Of a stretch of 20,468 nucleotides of DNA, positions 6,803-15,108 are shown in pieces. Position numbers and translations under genes: made by a program. Origin of the DNA: Isosphaeraceae bacterium (GTDB lineage: Bacteria > Planctomycetota > Planctomycetia > Isosphaerales > Isosphaeraceae); NCBI GenBank assembly GCA_041750675.1, contig JBGSYY010000408.1, forward strand, positions 1 to 20,468. The letters run 5' to 3'. The first letter of the stretch is position 1; each line of letters opens with the position of its first letter. The notes beneath the pieces are model-generated. The model did no database searches, was not told where the DNA came from, and was given only the letters and a program-made list of their open reading frames with translations.

Positions 6803-7044
6803 CGCGTCGTCTCTCCGATCAGCGATCCCAGCACCCGCCGCCCGAGCGTTCCGCGCGCGGTGAAGCGATCAGACCTAGAATTGTCTCTCCTTCTATCCGT
6901 ATTCCACGGCAGCCGAAAAGTCCAGCACGCAACCCGCCTCAACCCATGCTCTCTCATCGCCTGCACACTCATTCTCCCCTCACGCGTGAACTGCCGGATC
7001 GGATAACATCTGAAAGTCCCGCACGCCTTCTCGAGGCCATCCGT

Positions 7045-8478
7045 ATGCCGTTCTCGATAACCGCAGGACTTATCCTCGCCTTCTGCCTTGCAGCCGACGG
7101 AGGCACTCCCTCCTTCCACGCCGGAGCTTCGGCCGTCGAGATCACACCACCCGTCGGCTGGCGTCTCGCCGGCAGTTTCCAGGACGAGCCGAGTTCCCGC
7201 GTCCGCGATCCTCTCCACGCTCGTGCGCTGGTTCTCCAGCAGGGCGAGCAACGCATGGCCCTTGTCATCTGCGACCTGACTGGCCTACCCCGCGAAGTCG
7301 CCCATCGCGCGCGACGTCTTGCCTCCCAACGCACGGGCATTCCCGCCGATCAAATCGTCATCGCCGCGACCCACACCCACGGCGCACCGCTCTTCTACGA
7401 TCACCGCCGCGAGCGATTCCACATACAAAACCTCAAGCAACATGGTCGTGATCCTGCCGAGCCGACACTCGACTACGCCGCCTTGCTCGTCGACCGCTGC
7501 GCCGAGGCCGTCGTCCTCGCCCAACGTACCGCAGCCCCCGCACGAATCCGATCCGGATCGATCGACGTCCCCGGCCTCGCCTTCAACCGGCGCTTCAAGA
7601 TGCGCGACGGCTCGGTGCGCTTCAACCCCGGCAAGCTCAACCCCGAGATCGTCGAGCCTGTGGGTCCCGTCGATCCCACCCTGCGCGTCGTTCGCTTCGA
7701 CCATCTCGCCGACGATCGGCCCATCGCCGCCCTCAACGTCTTCGCCATCCACGTCGCCGTCCACGGAGGTCCCGAAATTTCCGCGGATTTTCCTGCCGTG
7801 ATCGAAAAACGCCTCCAAGCCCGGTTCGGCCCCAACTTCGTCGCCCTCTTCGGCGAGGGAACCGCCGGCGACGTCAATCATATCGACGTCCAATCCGCCT
7901 CCCTCCAGCCCCCCGAAACCGAGCCAGCCCGGATCGGCAACGCCTTGGCAGAGGCCTGGCTGGCCCTGGAACCGAATCTCCACACCGCCGACAGCCCTTC
8001 GCTGGCCGTCCGCTCCGCTACGATCCAAGCCCCTCTCCGCCCCGCAAGCCCCGACGATGGTCGTCGTGCCCGGCACATCCTCGATCAGGAGAACCCGCCC
8101 GCCGAGTTCCTCGAGATTGTCGAGGCGCACCGAATTCTCGATGTCCTCGACGCCCGTCGCATCCATGGCGAAACCCTACCGATGGACGTCACGACGGTTC
8201 GGCTCGACGACTCCACGGCCCTCGTCTGTTTACCACACGAAATCTTCGTCGACTTGGGCCAGGCAATCGCCCGCGAGTCCCCCTTCCCGAACACGCTCGT
8301 CATCACCCTCTGCAACGGTGTCGACTTCTACGTCCCCACCGCCCATGCGTACGCGGAGGGTGGCTACGAGGTTGTCAACTCGCGAGTCGAGCGGGGTGCC
8401 GGCGAGGCACTTGTGGAAGCTGCCCTCACACAACTCCGCGCCCTGGCGGCGAGTCGTCCGTCAGGACCAGGCGGTTGA
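7045..8478 (+). CDS. secreted hydrolase, neutral/alkaline ceramidase-like N-terminal domain family (putative)
   Basis: The ORF runs to the stop at 8478. The ATG at 7045 gives an N-terminal signal-peptide-like segment, MPFSITAGLILAFCLAADGG. The extension upstream to 6733 overlaps the lon start on the opposite strand and is Pro/Arg-rich junk. Motifs VEITPPVGWRLAG and AATHTHGAP resemble the neutral-ceramidase-like hydrolase family. The assignment comes from motif memory only. Confidence 0.5.
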   Translation: MPFSITAGLILAFCLAADGGTPSFHAGASAVEITPPVGWRLAGSFQDEPSSRVRDPLHARALVLQQGEQRMALVICDLTGLPREVAHRARRLASQRTGIPADQIVIAATHTHGAPLFYDHRRERFHIQNLKQHGRDPAEPTLDYAALLVDRCAEAVVLAQRTAAPARIRSGSIDVPGLAFNRRFKMRDGSVRFNPGKLNPEIVEPVGPVDPTLRVVRFDHLADDRPIAALNVFAIHVAVHGGPEISADFPAVIEKRLQARFGPNFVALFGEGTAGDVNHIDVQSASLQPPETEPARIGNALAEAWLALEPNLHTADSPSLAVRSATIQAPLRPASPDDGRRARHILDQENPPAEFLEIVEAHRILDVLDARRIHGETLPMDVTTVRLDDSTALVCLPHEIFVDLGQAIARESPFPNTLVITLCNGVDFYVPTAHAYAEGGYEVVNSRVERGAGEALVEAALTQLRALAASRPSGPGG

Positions 8479-8544
8479 AAGTCACTCCCGGCTAGGCCAT
8501 GCATTGACGTTTCGATGGGTCGTCCATGATCGGCGTTCTCACCC

Positions 8545-8760
8545 GTCATCCCCGCGCAGAAATGCGTTGATCCAGCCGGCCTCGATCGATCATAGAGGCT
8601 CAGTTTGTCCGGTTCCGTTGGTGTCATCCCCGCGCAGGCGGTGATCCAGAGGTCAACGAACTGACCGACAAAGCCGTCCCGACTGAAGTCATCCCCGCGC
8701 AGGCGGGGATCCAGAGTGTTCGCCGCTCTCTCGCCGGATCACCGCCTGCGCGGGGATGAC
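8545..8760. repeat. Cluster of 29-bp palindromic repeats matching the type I-E CRISPR repeat consensus; degenerate mini-array or REP-like, with no cas genes in the window
   Basis: Two near-identical direct copies: 8623-8651 gtcatccccgcgcaggcggTgatccagag and 8688-8716 gtcatccccgcgcaggcggggatccagag, separated by a 36-bp unique spacer. One degenerate direct copy lies upstream at 8545-8575 (the first 15 nt and the gatccag tail are conserved). One inverted degenerate copy lies at 8736-8760. The repeat has an internal 8-bp stem, atccccgc/gcggggat, and fits the I-E-like consensus GTnnTCCCCGCnnnnGCGGGGATnnnnnn. Confidence 0.5.
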
Positions 8761-9069
8761 TCGTGGTAAGGCGGAGACGAACCGAACAACCTGAGGCTCA
8801 ATCGCCTTGGCTCGCTCCGAACGGCAGAGTCAACACCACGCCGCCACGACCGCGGTCAACCACCCACGCCACACACGCAGGAAAAATGATAAGGCGGCCA
8901 AACCACGCTCGCGACCCATCTTCAAGCTGGTCTAGCAACACCAGATCGGATTCGAGTATGATTCCAGTATGTAGAGCTTTGAATTCGATGGCACGCCTCC
9001 CGTGGCCATTCCGAGTGATCGCCTGTTCGTGATACCCGATTCTCCAAGGCGATCCACCCAGGATCTCCC

Positions 9070-9444
9070 ATGAACTTCGCCACACTGGTCCTCTTTGCCT
9101 TGCTCGCACCAGTGTCGTCGCTTCATACCCCTACGGATTTGTCGATCGCGCCGGCAACCCGGACCTCTCGGGTCGATTCATCCGCCAACAGCATTTCGAT
9201 CCCGTTGCAGGTCTCTGGCCGAGCCACCTCGAAAGACACGGACGCCCCCGAGCCCACAAGCCCCGTCGATCTCTGCGAGAGGCTGTCTCTGGACGAGCCG
9301 GGCGAGCCGGAGTCACAGTGCCTTGCCCCTCTGAGCCACGACCATTCGCGCGTTCTCCGATTCGCCATGCACCGGAGCACGGCGGGTCGCCGCGACGCTT
9401 GCACGCCTGCCCGCCGGCAGGGAATCCTCTGCTTACGCTGTTGA
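9070..9444 (+). CDS. hypothetical small secreted protein (weak call)
   Basis: 124-aa ORF opening with a signal-peptide-like hydrophobic segment, MNFATLVLFALLAPVSSLH. It lies in an otherwise gene-poor 1.3-kb interval. Codon bias is weaker than in the core genes and there is no clear RBS. Confidence 0.25.
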   Translation: MNFATLVLFALLAPVSSLHTPTDLSIAPATRTSRVDSSANSISIPLQVSGRATSKDTDAPEPTSPVDLCERLSLDEPGEPESQCLAPLSHDHSRVLRFAMHRSTAGRRDACTPARRQGILCLRC

Positions 9445-9818
9445 GCCTGCGCCGAGGCAGGTCGGTCTGAAACCCTGGCTGCGGTACATCACGCCTGCGC
9501 GGTCTACATCAACTTCGACGAACCAAGCCGCCATTCCCTGGCATAGGTACGCAGCCGAGTCGCCACTCGGCCCTCGTTTCCCGTGCGGGGTTGGTCCTGC
9601 CCCAAATCCCGCCTTTCTTCCGCAAATGGTCTCTGTGGCGACTCGCTGGCTTGCCCCTTCAGGCAGCAGCGACCCCTGACCACGGAAATCGCCACCGCGA
9701 CACCGTCGGTCGATCTCACTCGTCGGCATTCGCGAGCGAGGCTCTCTATCCAATGAAGCCTCCGGGTCGATCGATCTCCTCCTCCACACGATGATCTCCT
9801 GCACAAGGCGACCAAACC

Positions 9819-11735
9819 ATGCACACCGTATCAGAACCGGCCCCCCGCATTGCGCCGGCGTCCCCGCCGATCCCCGGACGCCCCGATCTCATCGCAGGCT
9901 TCCTCGTCTTCTTGATCGCGTTGCCCCTCTGCCTGGGGATCGCCCTGGCCAGCGGCTACCCCGCGGTGGCAGGCATCCTCGCCGCCGTGGTCGGCGGCCT
10001 CCTCACACCCTGGATCAGCGATTCGGCGTTGACAATCAAGGGTCCCGCGGCAGGGCTGATCGTCATCGCCCTCGGGGCCATCAACGAATTCTCAGCGATC
10101 TATGGGCCTGACCGCGCCTATCCACTCGCTCTGGGCGTCGGCGTGGCTGCGGGATTGATCCAGATCCTGTTCGGGCTGAGTAAGTCCGGAAAGCTCGGCG
10201 AATTCTTCCCCACGACCGTCGTTCATGGAATGCTCGCCGCAATCGGCGTCATCATCATGGCCAAGCAGATTCATGTGACGCTCGGCGTCATGGATACCCA
10301 CGGCGAACCGCTGGAACTCATCCGGGAAATCCCCAACTCGATCGCGCGGCTCAATCCCGAGATCGCCCTGATCGGTGGGATCAGCCTGCTGATCCTGTTT
10401 GTCATGCCCATGATAAAACACCCGCTGATCAGAAAAATTCCATCCCCACTCGTCGTCATCCTGGTCGCCGTGCCGATGGGACTCTACTTCGGCCTCACCG
10501 AGGAGCATACCTACTCCTTCGGTGGACACGACTACTCGCTCGGGGAACGCTTCCTCGTGCCCGTGCCGCAAAACCTCCTCAAGGCGATCACCTTCCCGGA
10601 TTTCTCAGGACTTCGCACCCTCGTCGCCTGGAAATGGGTGGCGCTGTTCGCGCTGATCGGATCGCTCGAGTCCATCCTCAGCGCCAAGGCGATTGACCTG
10701 ATGGACCCGTGGCAGCGAAAGACGAACCTCAATCGTGATCTCATCGCGATCGGTATCGGCAACACCGTTGCGGCCGGCATCGGCGGTTTTCCCATGATCT
10801 CCGAAATCGTGCGCAGCAAGGCCGCCGTCGACAATGGAGCGCGCACCCGGTTCACCAACCTCTTCCACGGCTTGTTCTTGCTCGGCTTCGTCGCACTCGT
10901 CCCAGGCCTGCTCCACCGTATCCCGCTCGCCGCCCTTAGTGCCATGCTTGTCTACACGGGCGCTCGGCTGGCCTCGCCACGCGAGTTCCAAAACGTCTCG
11001 CGCATTGGCAAAGAGCAATTGCTCATCTTTGTCATCACCCTGGTCGGAGTTCTCGCGACCGACCTCCTGGTCGGAGTCGGCATCGGCATCGCTGCCAAGC
11101 TGGCGATTCACGTCCTCAACGGCGTGCCGATCCTCTCCCTCTTCCGGCCCTACCTCGACATCGAGCCCCTCGATGACAACACCTCGCTGATTCGCGCTCG
11201 CCGATCGGCGGTCTTCAGCAACTGGATCCCATTCAAGAGTCAGATCGAGCAGATCGGACTGGTCCAGCATACGAACCTGGTGATCGACCTCTCCGAGGCA
11301 AAATTCGTCGACCATCATGTCATGGAAAAGCTGCACGAGCTTCAGGTCGATTTCGAGAACCAGGGCCTCTCGCTCGAACTCGTCGGCCTCGAGACGCACA
11401 AGAAACTCTCCAGCCACGAACACGCCGCACGACGCCAAGGCTACGATCGGTCACGCAGGATCACCGTGATCATCGATGCAGCCGCGGGCGGGCCGCTCTG
11501 CGAGGAACTCGTCGCCCAGGGTGCCGACCGCTACACCCTCACGCCCTGCCTCGCCGTCGGCGGGACCGTCGAAAACGGCTCCTTACCTTCCTCCAACGGA
11601 GTCCAGTGGGTCCGGTGCGAGATCCACGTCCCCACCGCAAACGTCGATCCCGTCATGAGGCGAGTCCGCCGCGCGCTCCGTGAGGATCGCGTCCACAGCG
11701 TCTCGGCCGAGACAATCGAACGCATCGAAAGCTGA
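9819..11735 (+). CDS. SulP-family inorganic anion (sulfate/bicarbonate) transporter with STAS domain and a C-terminal PII-like domain
   Basis: 638 aa. There are multiple TM helices with SulP/SLC26 signatures (…GFPMISEIVRSKAAVDNGARTRFTNLFHGLFLLGFVAL…). A STAS domain follows (…TNLVIDLSEAKFVDHHVMEKLHELQVDFENQGLSLELVGLETHKK). The last 92 aa or so (nt 11457-11735) show a beta-alpha-beta-beta-alpha-beta pattern like GlnB/PII proteins: ITVIIDAA…LCEELVAQGA…YTLTPCLAVGG…VQWVRCEIHVP…VDPVMRRVRRAL…VHSVSAETIERIES. Confidence 0.85.
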   Translation: MHTVSEPAPRIAPASPPIPGRPDLIAGFLVFLIALPLCLGIALASGYPAVAGILAAVVGGLLTPWISDSALTIKGPAAGLIVIALGAINEFSAIYGPDRAYPLALGVGVAAGLIQILFGLSKSGKLGEFFPTTVVHGMLAAIGVIIMAKQIHVTLGVMDTHGEPLELIREIPNSIARLNPEIALIGGISLLILFVMPMIKHPLIRKIPSPLVVILVAVPMGLYFGLTEEHTYSFGGHDYSLGERFLVPVPQNLLKAITFPDFSGLRTLVAWKWVALFALIGSLESILSAKAIDLMDPWQRKTNLNRDLIAIGIGNTVAAGIGGFPMISEIVRSKAAVDNGARTRFTNLFHGLFLLGFVALVPGLLHRIPLAALSAMLVYTGARLASPREFQNVSRIGKEQLLIFVITLVGVLATDLLVGVGIGIAAKLAIHVLNGVPILSLFRPYLDIEPLDDNTSLIRARRSAVFSNWIPFKSQIEQIGLVQHTNLVIDLSEAKFVDHHVMEKLHELQVDFENQGLSLELVGLETHKKLSSHEHAARRQGYDRSRRITVIIDAAAGGPLCEELVAQGADRYTLTPCLAVGGTVENGSLPSSNGVQWVRCEIHVPTANVDPVMRRVRRALREDRVHSVSAETIERIES

Positions 11736-11745
11736 GACCCACCGC

Positions 11746-12285
11746 TCAGTTCTCACCAGCCACCCGTTGGGATTCGTCGGATCCAACCGCCGCCGATCCC
11801 AACGGCGTGGACTTGTGGATCGTCTGCGCGACCACGCAGTACCGTTCCGTCAGCTCAAGCAGCTTCGCGACCTGGGCTTCGTCGGCGTCGGTGTCGAGTT
11901 GGTACCGCAGTCGAATCGCCGTGAAGCCGACCGGCGTCGTCTTGTCCACTCCCAGCGTGCCCCGGAAGTCGAGGTCGCCCTCGGCCTCGATCTTCCCGCC
12001 CCGCAGCGTGATTCCCAGTGCAGTGGCGACGGCCGTCAGGGTCACCCCGGCACACCCGACAAGTGCCTGGAGAAGCATGTCACCGGGGCAGGCTCGTGTG
12101 CCGTCACCCCCGGCGGCTGGATGCAATCCGGCTTCGACCGGGCCAATCTCGGTGGTCACTCGGCAGCCGGGATAGGTCGTGTCGAGGCTCCCTTCCGCCT
12201 TCAGGGTCCGAACCGCCTCCTCCGGGCGTTCACGATAGAGCGCTTTCCAGGGGGCTTGCCGCGCACGCAATTCCTCGCCGTTCAT
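11746..12285 (-). CDS. osmC: OsmC/Ohr family peroxiredoxin-like protein
   Basis: OsmC-like core: …CPGDMLLQALVGCAGVTLTAVATALGITL…GFTAIRLRYQLDTDADEAQVAKLLELTERYCVVAQTI. The start is placed at the ATG at 12285 (protein begins MNGEEL…), which is preceded by a strong GAGGAG Shine-Dalgarno 9 nt upstream. An in-frame ATG at 12324 would add 13 aa. Confidence 0.8.
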   Translation of the reverse strand: MNGEELRARQAPWKALYRERPEEAVRTLKAEGSLDTTYPGCRVTTEIGPVEAGLHPAAGGDGTRACPGDMLLQALVGCAGVTLTAVATALGITLRGGKIEAEGDLDFRGTLGVDKTTPVGFTAIRLRYQLDTDADEAQVAKLLELTERYCVVAQTIHKSTPLGSAAVGSDESQRVAGEN

Positions 12286-12556
12286 CGCATCACGCTCCTC
12301 TGTCCTCAATACCTCACGGCGCATCCCACTCGACCGACTAAAATCATCCTAGCCGACTCCAAGCCGCACTCGCGATAAGACCGCGGTCGATCAACCTGCG
12401 TTCTTCCCAGGGCGCTTACACGCGACCCGACAAGCTCGTTAGAATCAGGAGTCGAGTTCAGTCGCGGCGGCCCGGACCGATCCACGGCAAGACGTTGCCG
12501 GCTCCGCGCACAATCGGGTAAATCGGCGCTGCCCGTGTACGACGGCCAGAGGATGG

Positions 12557-13966
12557 ATGAACCCCCGCATGGCCGACCGTTACCTCAGCCGCCTCGACGC
12601 CCTCTACGGGCGCTTGAACTACGAACGCTCCGGCATGCCTCGTTCCAGCGACCTGCGCCTGGGCCGGATGCGGCGGTTCCTACGGCACCTGGGCGATCCC
12701 CACCGCAACCTTCGCATCATTCACGTCGCCGGCACAAAGGGCAAAGGCTCGACAGCCACCCTCATCGCCGCCGCACTCTCCGGCTCCGGCGTACGCACCG
12801 GATTGTTCACCTCTCCCCACCTCCATCGCCTCGAAGAACGGTTCCAGATCGACGGCCGCCCCATCGAGCCAGACGCACTCAGCGACCTCATCGACGTCAT
12901 CTGGCCCGCCGTTCAGGCGATGGACGACCTCGACGCCGATCCCTCGCCCCGCCGGCCGCTCACCTTCTTCGAGATCACCACCGCGATGGGCCTGGTCCAC
13001 TTCGCCCGCCAAAAGACCGGCGCTGTCGTGCTCGAAGTCGGCCTGGGCGGACGCCTCGATTCGACCAACGTCGTTCGCCCCCTCGTCTCCGTCATCACCT
13101 CGATCTCCTACGACCACACCCGCCAACTCGGCAACACACTCAGCGCGATCGCCTCCGAAAAGGCGGGAATCCTCAAACGCCAAGGCGTCGCTGTCAGCGG
13201 AGTCGCCGGCCTCGATGCGCGCGCGGCGATTCAATCCGTCGCCAAGCAACGCCAGGTCCGGCTCCACGCCCTCGGTGTCGATTTCCAGACCCGCTATCAA
13301 GCGCCGAGCTTCCCCGTCGCCACGCCCACCCCAGGAACCCTCGAAGTCCAAACCTGGCGACGTCACTGGGGCCCGCTCTCCGTCCCCTTGCTCGGCTCTC
13401 ACCAGGCGCGAAACGCCGCCGTCGCCCTCGCCACCCTCGATGCCCTCGCCGACCAGGAACCCTCCCTCAACCTCGACGAGCCGACCGTCGCCCACGCCTG
13501 GCGCAGCCTGAGCATCCCCGCCCGCGTCGAACTCCTGCCGGGTTCGCCCAATCTCCTCCTGATCGACGGCGCACACAACAACGCCTCCGCACGCGCCCTG
13601 GCCGACACCCTGCTCACTCACTTCCCCCCCTCGCGCCGACTCCTCATCTTCGGCACCACCCGCGACAAGGACCTCCTCGGCCAGCTCCGCTGGCTCCGCC
13701 CGCTCTTCCATGTCTTCATCGCCACCCGCTATCGCGAAAATCCACGCGCCGTCATGCCCGAGGAGATCACCGCCGCCGCCTCAGAGCTGGGATTCCCTTC
13801 CATCCACGCCACCGATAGCCCCGCCGAAGCGCTCCAATTGGCCAGGCAGCTCGCCCAACCACCCGACTCAATCTGCGTCACAGGTTCCCTATTCCTGGCC
13901 GCCGAAACCCGTGCCCTCGCCCTGGGCCTGCCGCCGGTCCCTCGGCCCACCGCCGTTGGCGTCTGA
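12557..13966 (+). CDS. folC: bifunctional folylpolyglutamate synthase / dihydrofolate synthase (Mur ligase family)
   Basis: 469 aa. It has the P-loop HVAGTKGKGST, the …SPHLHRLEERFQIDG… motif, the FolC middle-domain motif …ITSISYDHTRQLGNTLSAIASEKAGIL…, and the C-terminal Mur-ligase domain. Confidence 0.9.
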   Translation: MNPRMADRYLSRLDALYGRLNYERSGMPRSSDLRLGRMRRFLRHLGDPHRNLRIIHVAGTKGKGSTATLIAAALSGSGVRTGLFTSPHLHRLEERFQIDGRPIEPDALSDLIDVIWPAVQAMDDLDADPSPRRPLTFFEITTAMGLVHFARQKTGAVVLEVGLGGRLDSTNVVRPLVSVITSISYDHTRQLGNTLSAIASEKAGILKRQGVAVSGVAGLDARAAIQSVAKQRQVRLHALGVDFQTRYQAPSFPVATPTPGTLEVQTWRRHWGPLSVPLLGSHQARNAAVALATLDALADQEPSLNLDEPTVAHAWRSLSIPARVELLPGSPNLLLIDGAHNNASARALADTLLTHFPPSRRLLIFGTTRDKDLLGQLRWLRPLFHVFIATRYRENPRAVMPEEITAAASELGFPSIHATDSPAEALQLARQLAQPPDSICVTGSLFLAAETRALALGLPPVPRPTAVGV

Positions 13967-14020
13967 GCCTCGCTCGCGCCCCGGCTCCCATTCGCTCCAA
14001 TCCTGGGAGTTTCTCACATC

Positions 14021-14467
14021 ATGTCTGGTTCAACCTGGCTTCAAATCGGTGCCGTCATGGGCTTTCTCTCGGTCGCACTGGGTGCGTTCGGCGCACATGG
14101 ACTGGACGCGCGGATCAAGGCCGAGCCGGCCGCCGCCACCGCCGCCGACCCAGGCGCTCGCCGTCCCGTCACCCCCGAACGCCGTCTCGAAGTCTTCGAA
14201 ACCGGCGCTCGTTACCACGCCATTCACGCCCTGGCTCTCGTAGCCTTGGGCCTGCTCGCGCTAGTCCACGCCGCACCAGGCCTCGCCGTCCAGGTCGCCG
14301 GCTGGTCCTTCCTGGTCGGAATCCTCTTGTTTTCCGGTAGCCTCTACGCCCTGGGCTTCTCCGGAATCGGCCTCCTGGGCGCGATCACCCCGTTCGGCGG
14401 AGTCGCTTTCCTGATCGGCTGGATCGCGATGGCCGTGGCCGCGGGAGGCGGCCGGAGCGTCGGCTGA
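14021..14467 (+). CDS. DUF423 (YgdD/TMEM256-like) small membrane protein
   Basis: 148 aa with four predicted TM segments. It has DUF423 motifs GAFGAHGL … FETGARYHAIHALAL … GSLYALGFSG. An SD-like GGGAG lies 11 nt upstream. A roughly 35-aa Ala/Pro-rich segment is inserted after the first helix. Confidence 0.8.
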   Translation: MSGSTWLQIGAVMGFLSVALGAFGAHGLDARIKAEPAAATAADPGARRPVTPERRLEVFETGARYHAIHALALVALGLLALVHAAPGLAVQVAGWSFLVGILLFSGSLYALGFSGIGLLGAITPFGGVAFLIGWIAMAVAAGGGRSVG

Positions 14468-14572
14468 CGAATCTTCACAAGCCCAGAGGCCGATGCGTGG
14501 CCGGGCCTCAGCGAGTACGTAATCTTGGCCGACTCGCTCGCCAGGCCCCGCGCGGCGATCGCGCAAGTTGAC

Positions 14573-14758
14573 TCACTCCGTCGATTTCTTCGACTTCTTC
14601 CCCGCCGCCTTCTTCTTCGTCCCCTCCTCGGCCTTCACCGGGGCGTTTGCGACATCGTCCCCGCTGCTGCCCTCCTCAACGCCGTGCTCGATCTCCTTCT
14701 TCCCGAAAATCTCCTCATGATTCGGGAAGCCGTATTTTCGAATAATCGGTCCGCTCAT
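14573..14758 (-). CDS. hypothetical small Lys/Glu-rich protein (weak call)
   Basis: 61-aa ORF from the internal ATG: MSGPIIRKYGFPNHEEIFGKKEIEHGVEEGSS…KKKAAGKKSKKSTE. It has high GC3 consistent with coding and GGAG 12 nt upstream. The longer ORF to 14803 adds an Arg-rich N-terminus. Confidence 0.35.
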   Translation of the reverse strand: MSGPIIRKYGFPNHEEIFGKKEIEHGVEEGSSGDDVANAPVKAEEGTKKKAAGKKSKKSTE

Positions 14759-14810
14759 CGGTCGTCGTGCTCCGGGTGTTCTTCTCGACTCTCGATCGTC
14801 CATCCACCTC

Positions 14811-14952
14811 TATTATACGGATCCCAGGTAACTGTCGCGGACCGATCGCACGATGCCCCCCGAAAGAGTCATTCCCGCGAACCCGGGGATCCAGCGCAAA
14901 CAGCTTGGCCGCTCACCTCGTCCCGCGAACAAATCTTGGGACCCGTATTATA
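14811..14952. mobile_element. MITE-like small element: imperfect 15-bp terminal inverted repeats (TIRs) enclosing a degenerate copy of the I-E-like 29-bp repeat
   Basis: tattatacggatccc (14811-14825) is mirrored by gggacccgtattata (14938-14952), matching 13 of 15 as reverse complement. These are unusually AT-rich ends for this genome. Inside lies gtcattcccgcgaacccggggatccagcg (14866-14894), a 24/29 match to the 8623/8688 repeat. There is also a direct repeat tcccgcgaac at 14871 and 14921. Confidence 0.4.
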
Positions 14953-15108
14953 CATTGCCCGGTTATCGATCGCAGACAAGTCTCCCTGCCTGCCGCCGCC
15001 CGGAAGGCAGCAATCCACTCCCAGGAACCGAAGCACGAACGCGCGCCGTTTCCCTGTTCCGGATCGCACTCTCGACACGCGCTCAGTTTTCCCCAGCCCG
15101 GGCCCAAA

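Noticed and set aside
6733-7044. N-terminal 104-aa extension of the ceramidase-like ORF
   Set aside because: It overlaps the lon start on the opposite strand and is Pro/Arg/Ser-rich. A signal-peptide-like segment begins at the internal Met (7045), which is a far more plausible start for a secreted hydrolase.
6803-7044. Heat-shock CIRCE element or sigma32 promoter upstream of lon
   Set aside because: No TTAGCACTC-N9-GAGTGCTAA-like inverted repeat or recognisable sigma32 boxes are present. Only a trivial agac…gtct mini-palindrome was seen.
7285-8166. 293-aa ORF (-) and several 120-195-aa ORFs overlapping 7045-8478
   Set aside because: They are antisense or frame-shifted shadows of the ceramidase-like gene. 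Their Gly/Asp/Val-rich translations are characteristic of the reverse strand of GC-rich genes.
8545-8760. Calling the repeat cluster a bona fide functional CRISPR array
   Set aside because: Only two good direct repeats and one spacer. One copy is inverted. The spacer length (36) is off the usual 32-33 for I-E. A further degenerate copy is dispersed at 14866. No cas genes lie within 20 kb of sequence here. It is reported as a repeat cluster of uncertain nature instead.
10605-11438. 277-aa ORF (-) inside the SulP gene
   Set aside because: Antisense shadow ORF. The + strand frame encodes a coherent multi-TM SulP transporter with a STAS domain.
12535-13818. 427-aa Pro/Arg-rich ORF (+) and 343-aa ORF (-, 12680-13711) overlapping folC
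   Set aside because: They are alternate-frame or antisense artefacts. The folC frame has clear Mur-ligase motifs and they do not.
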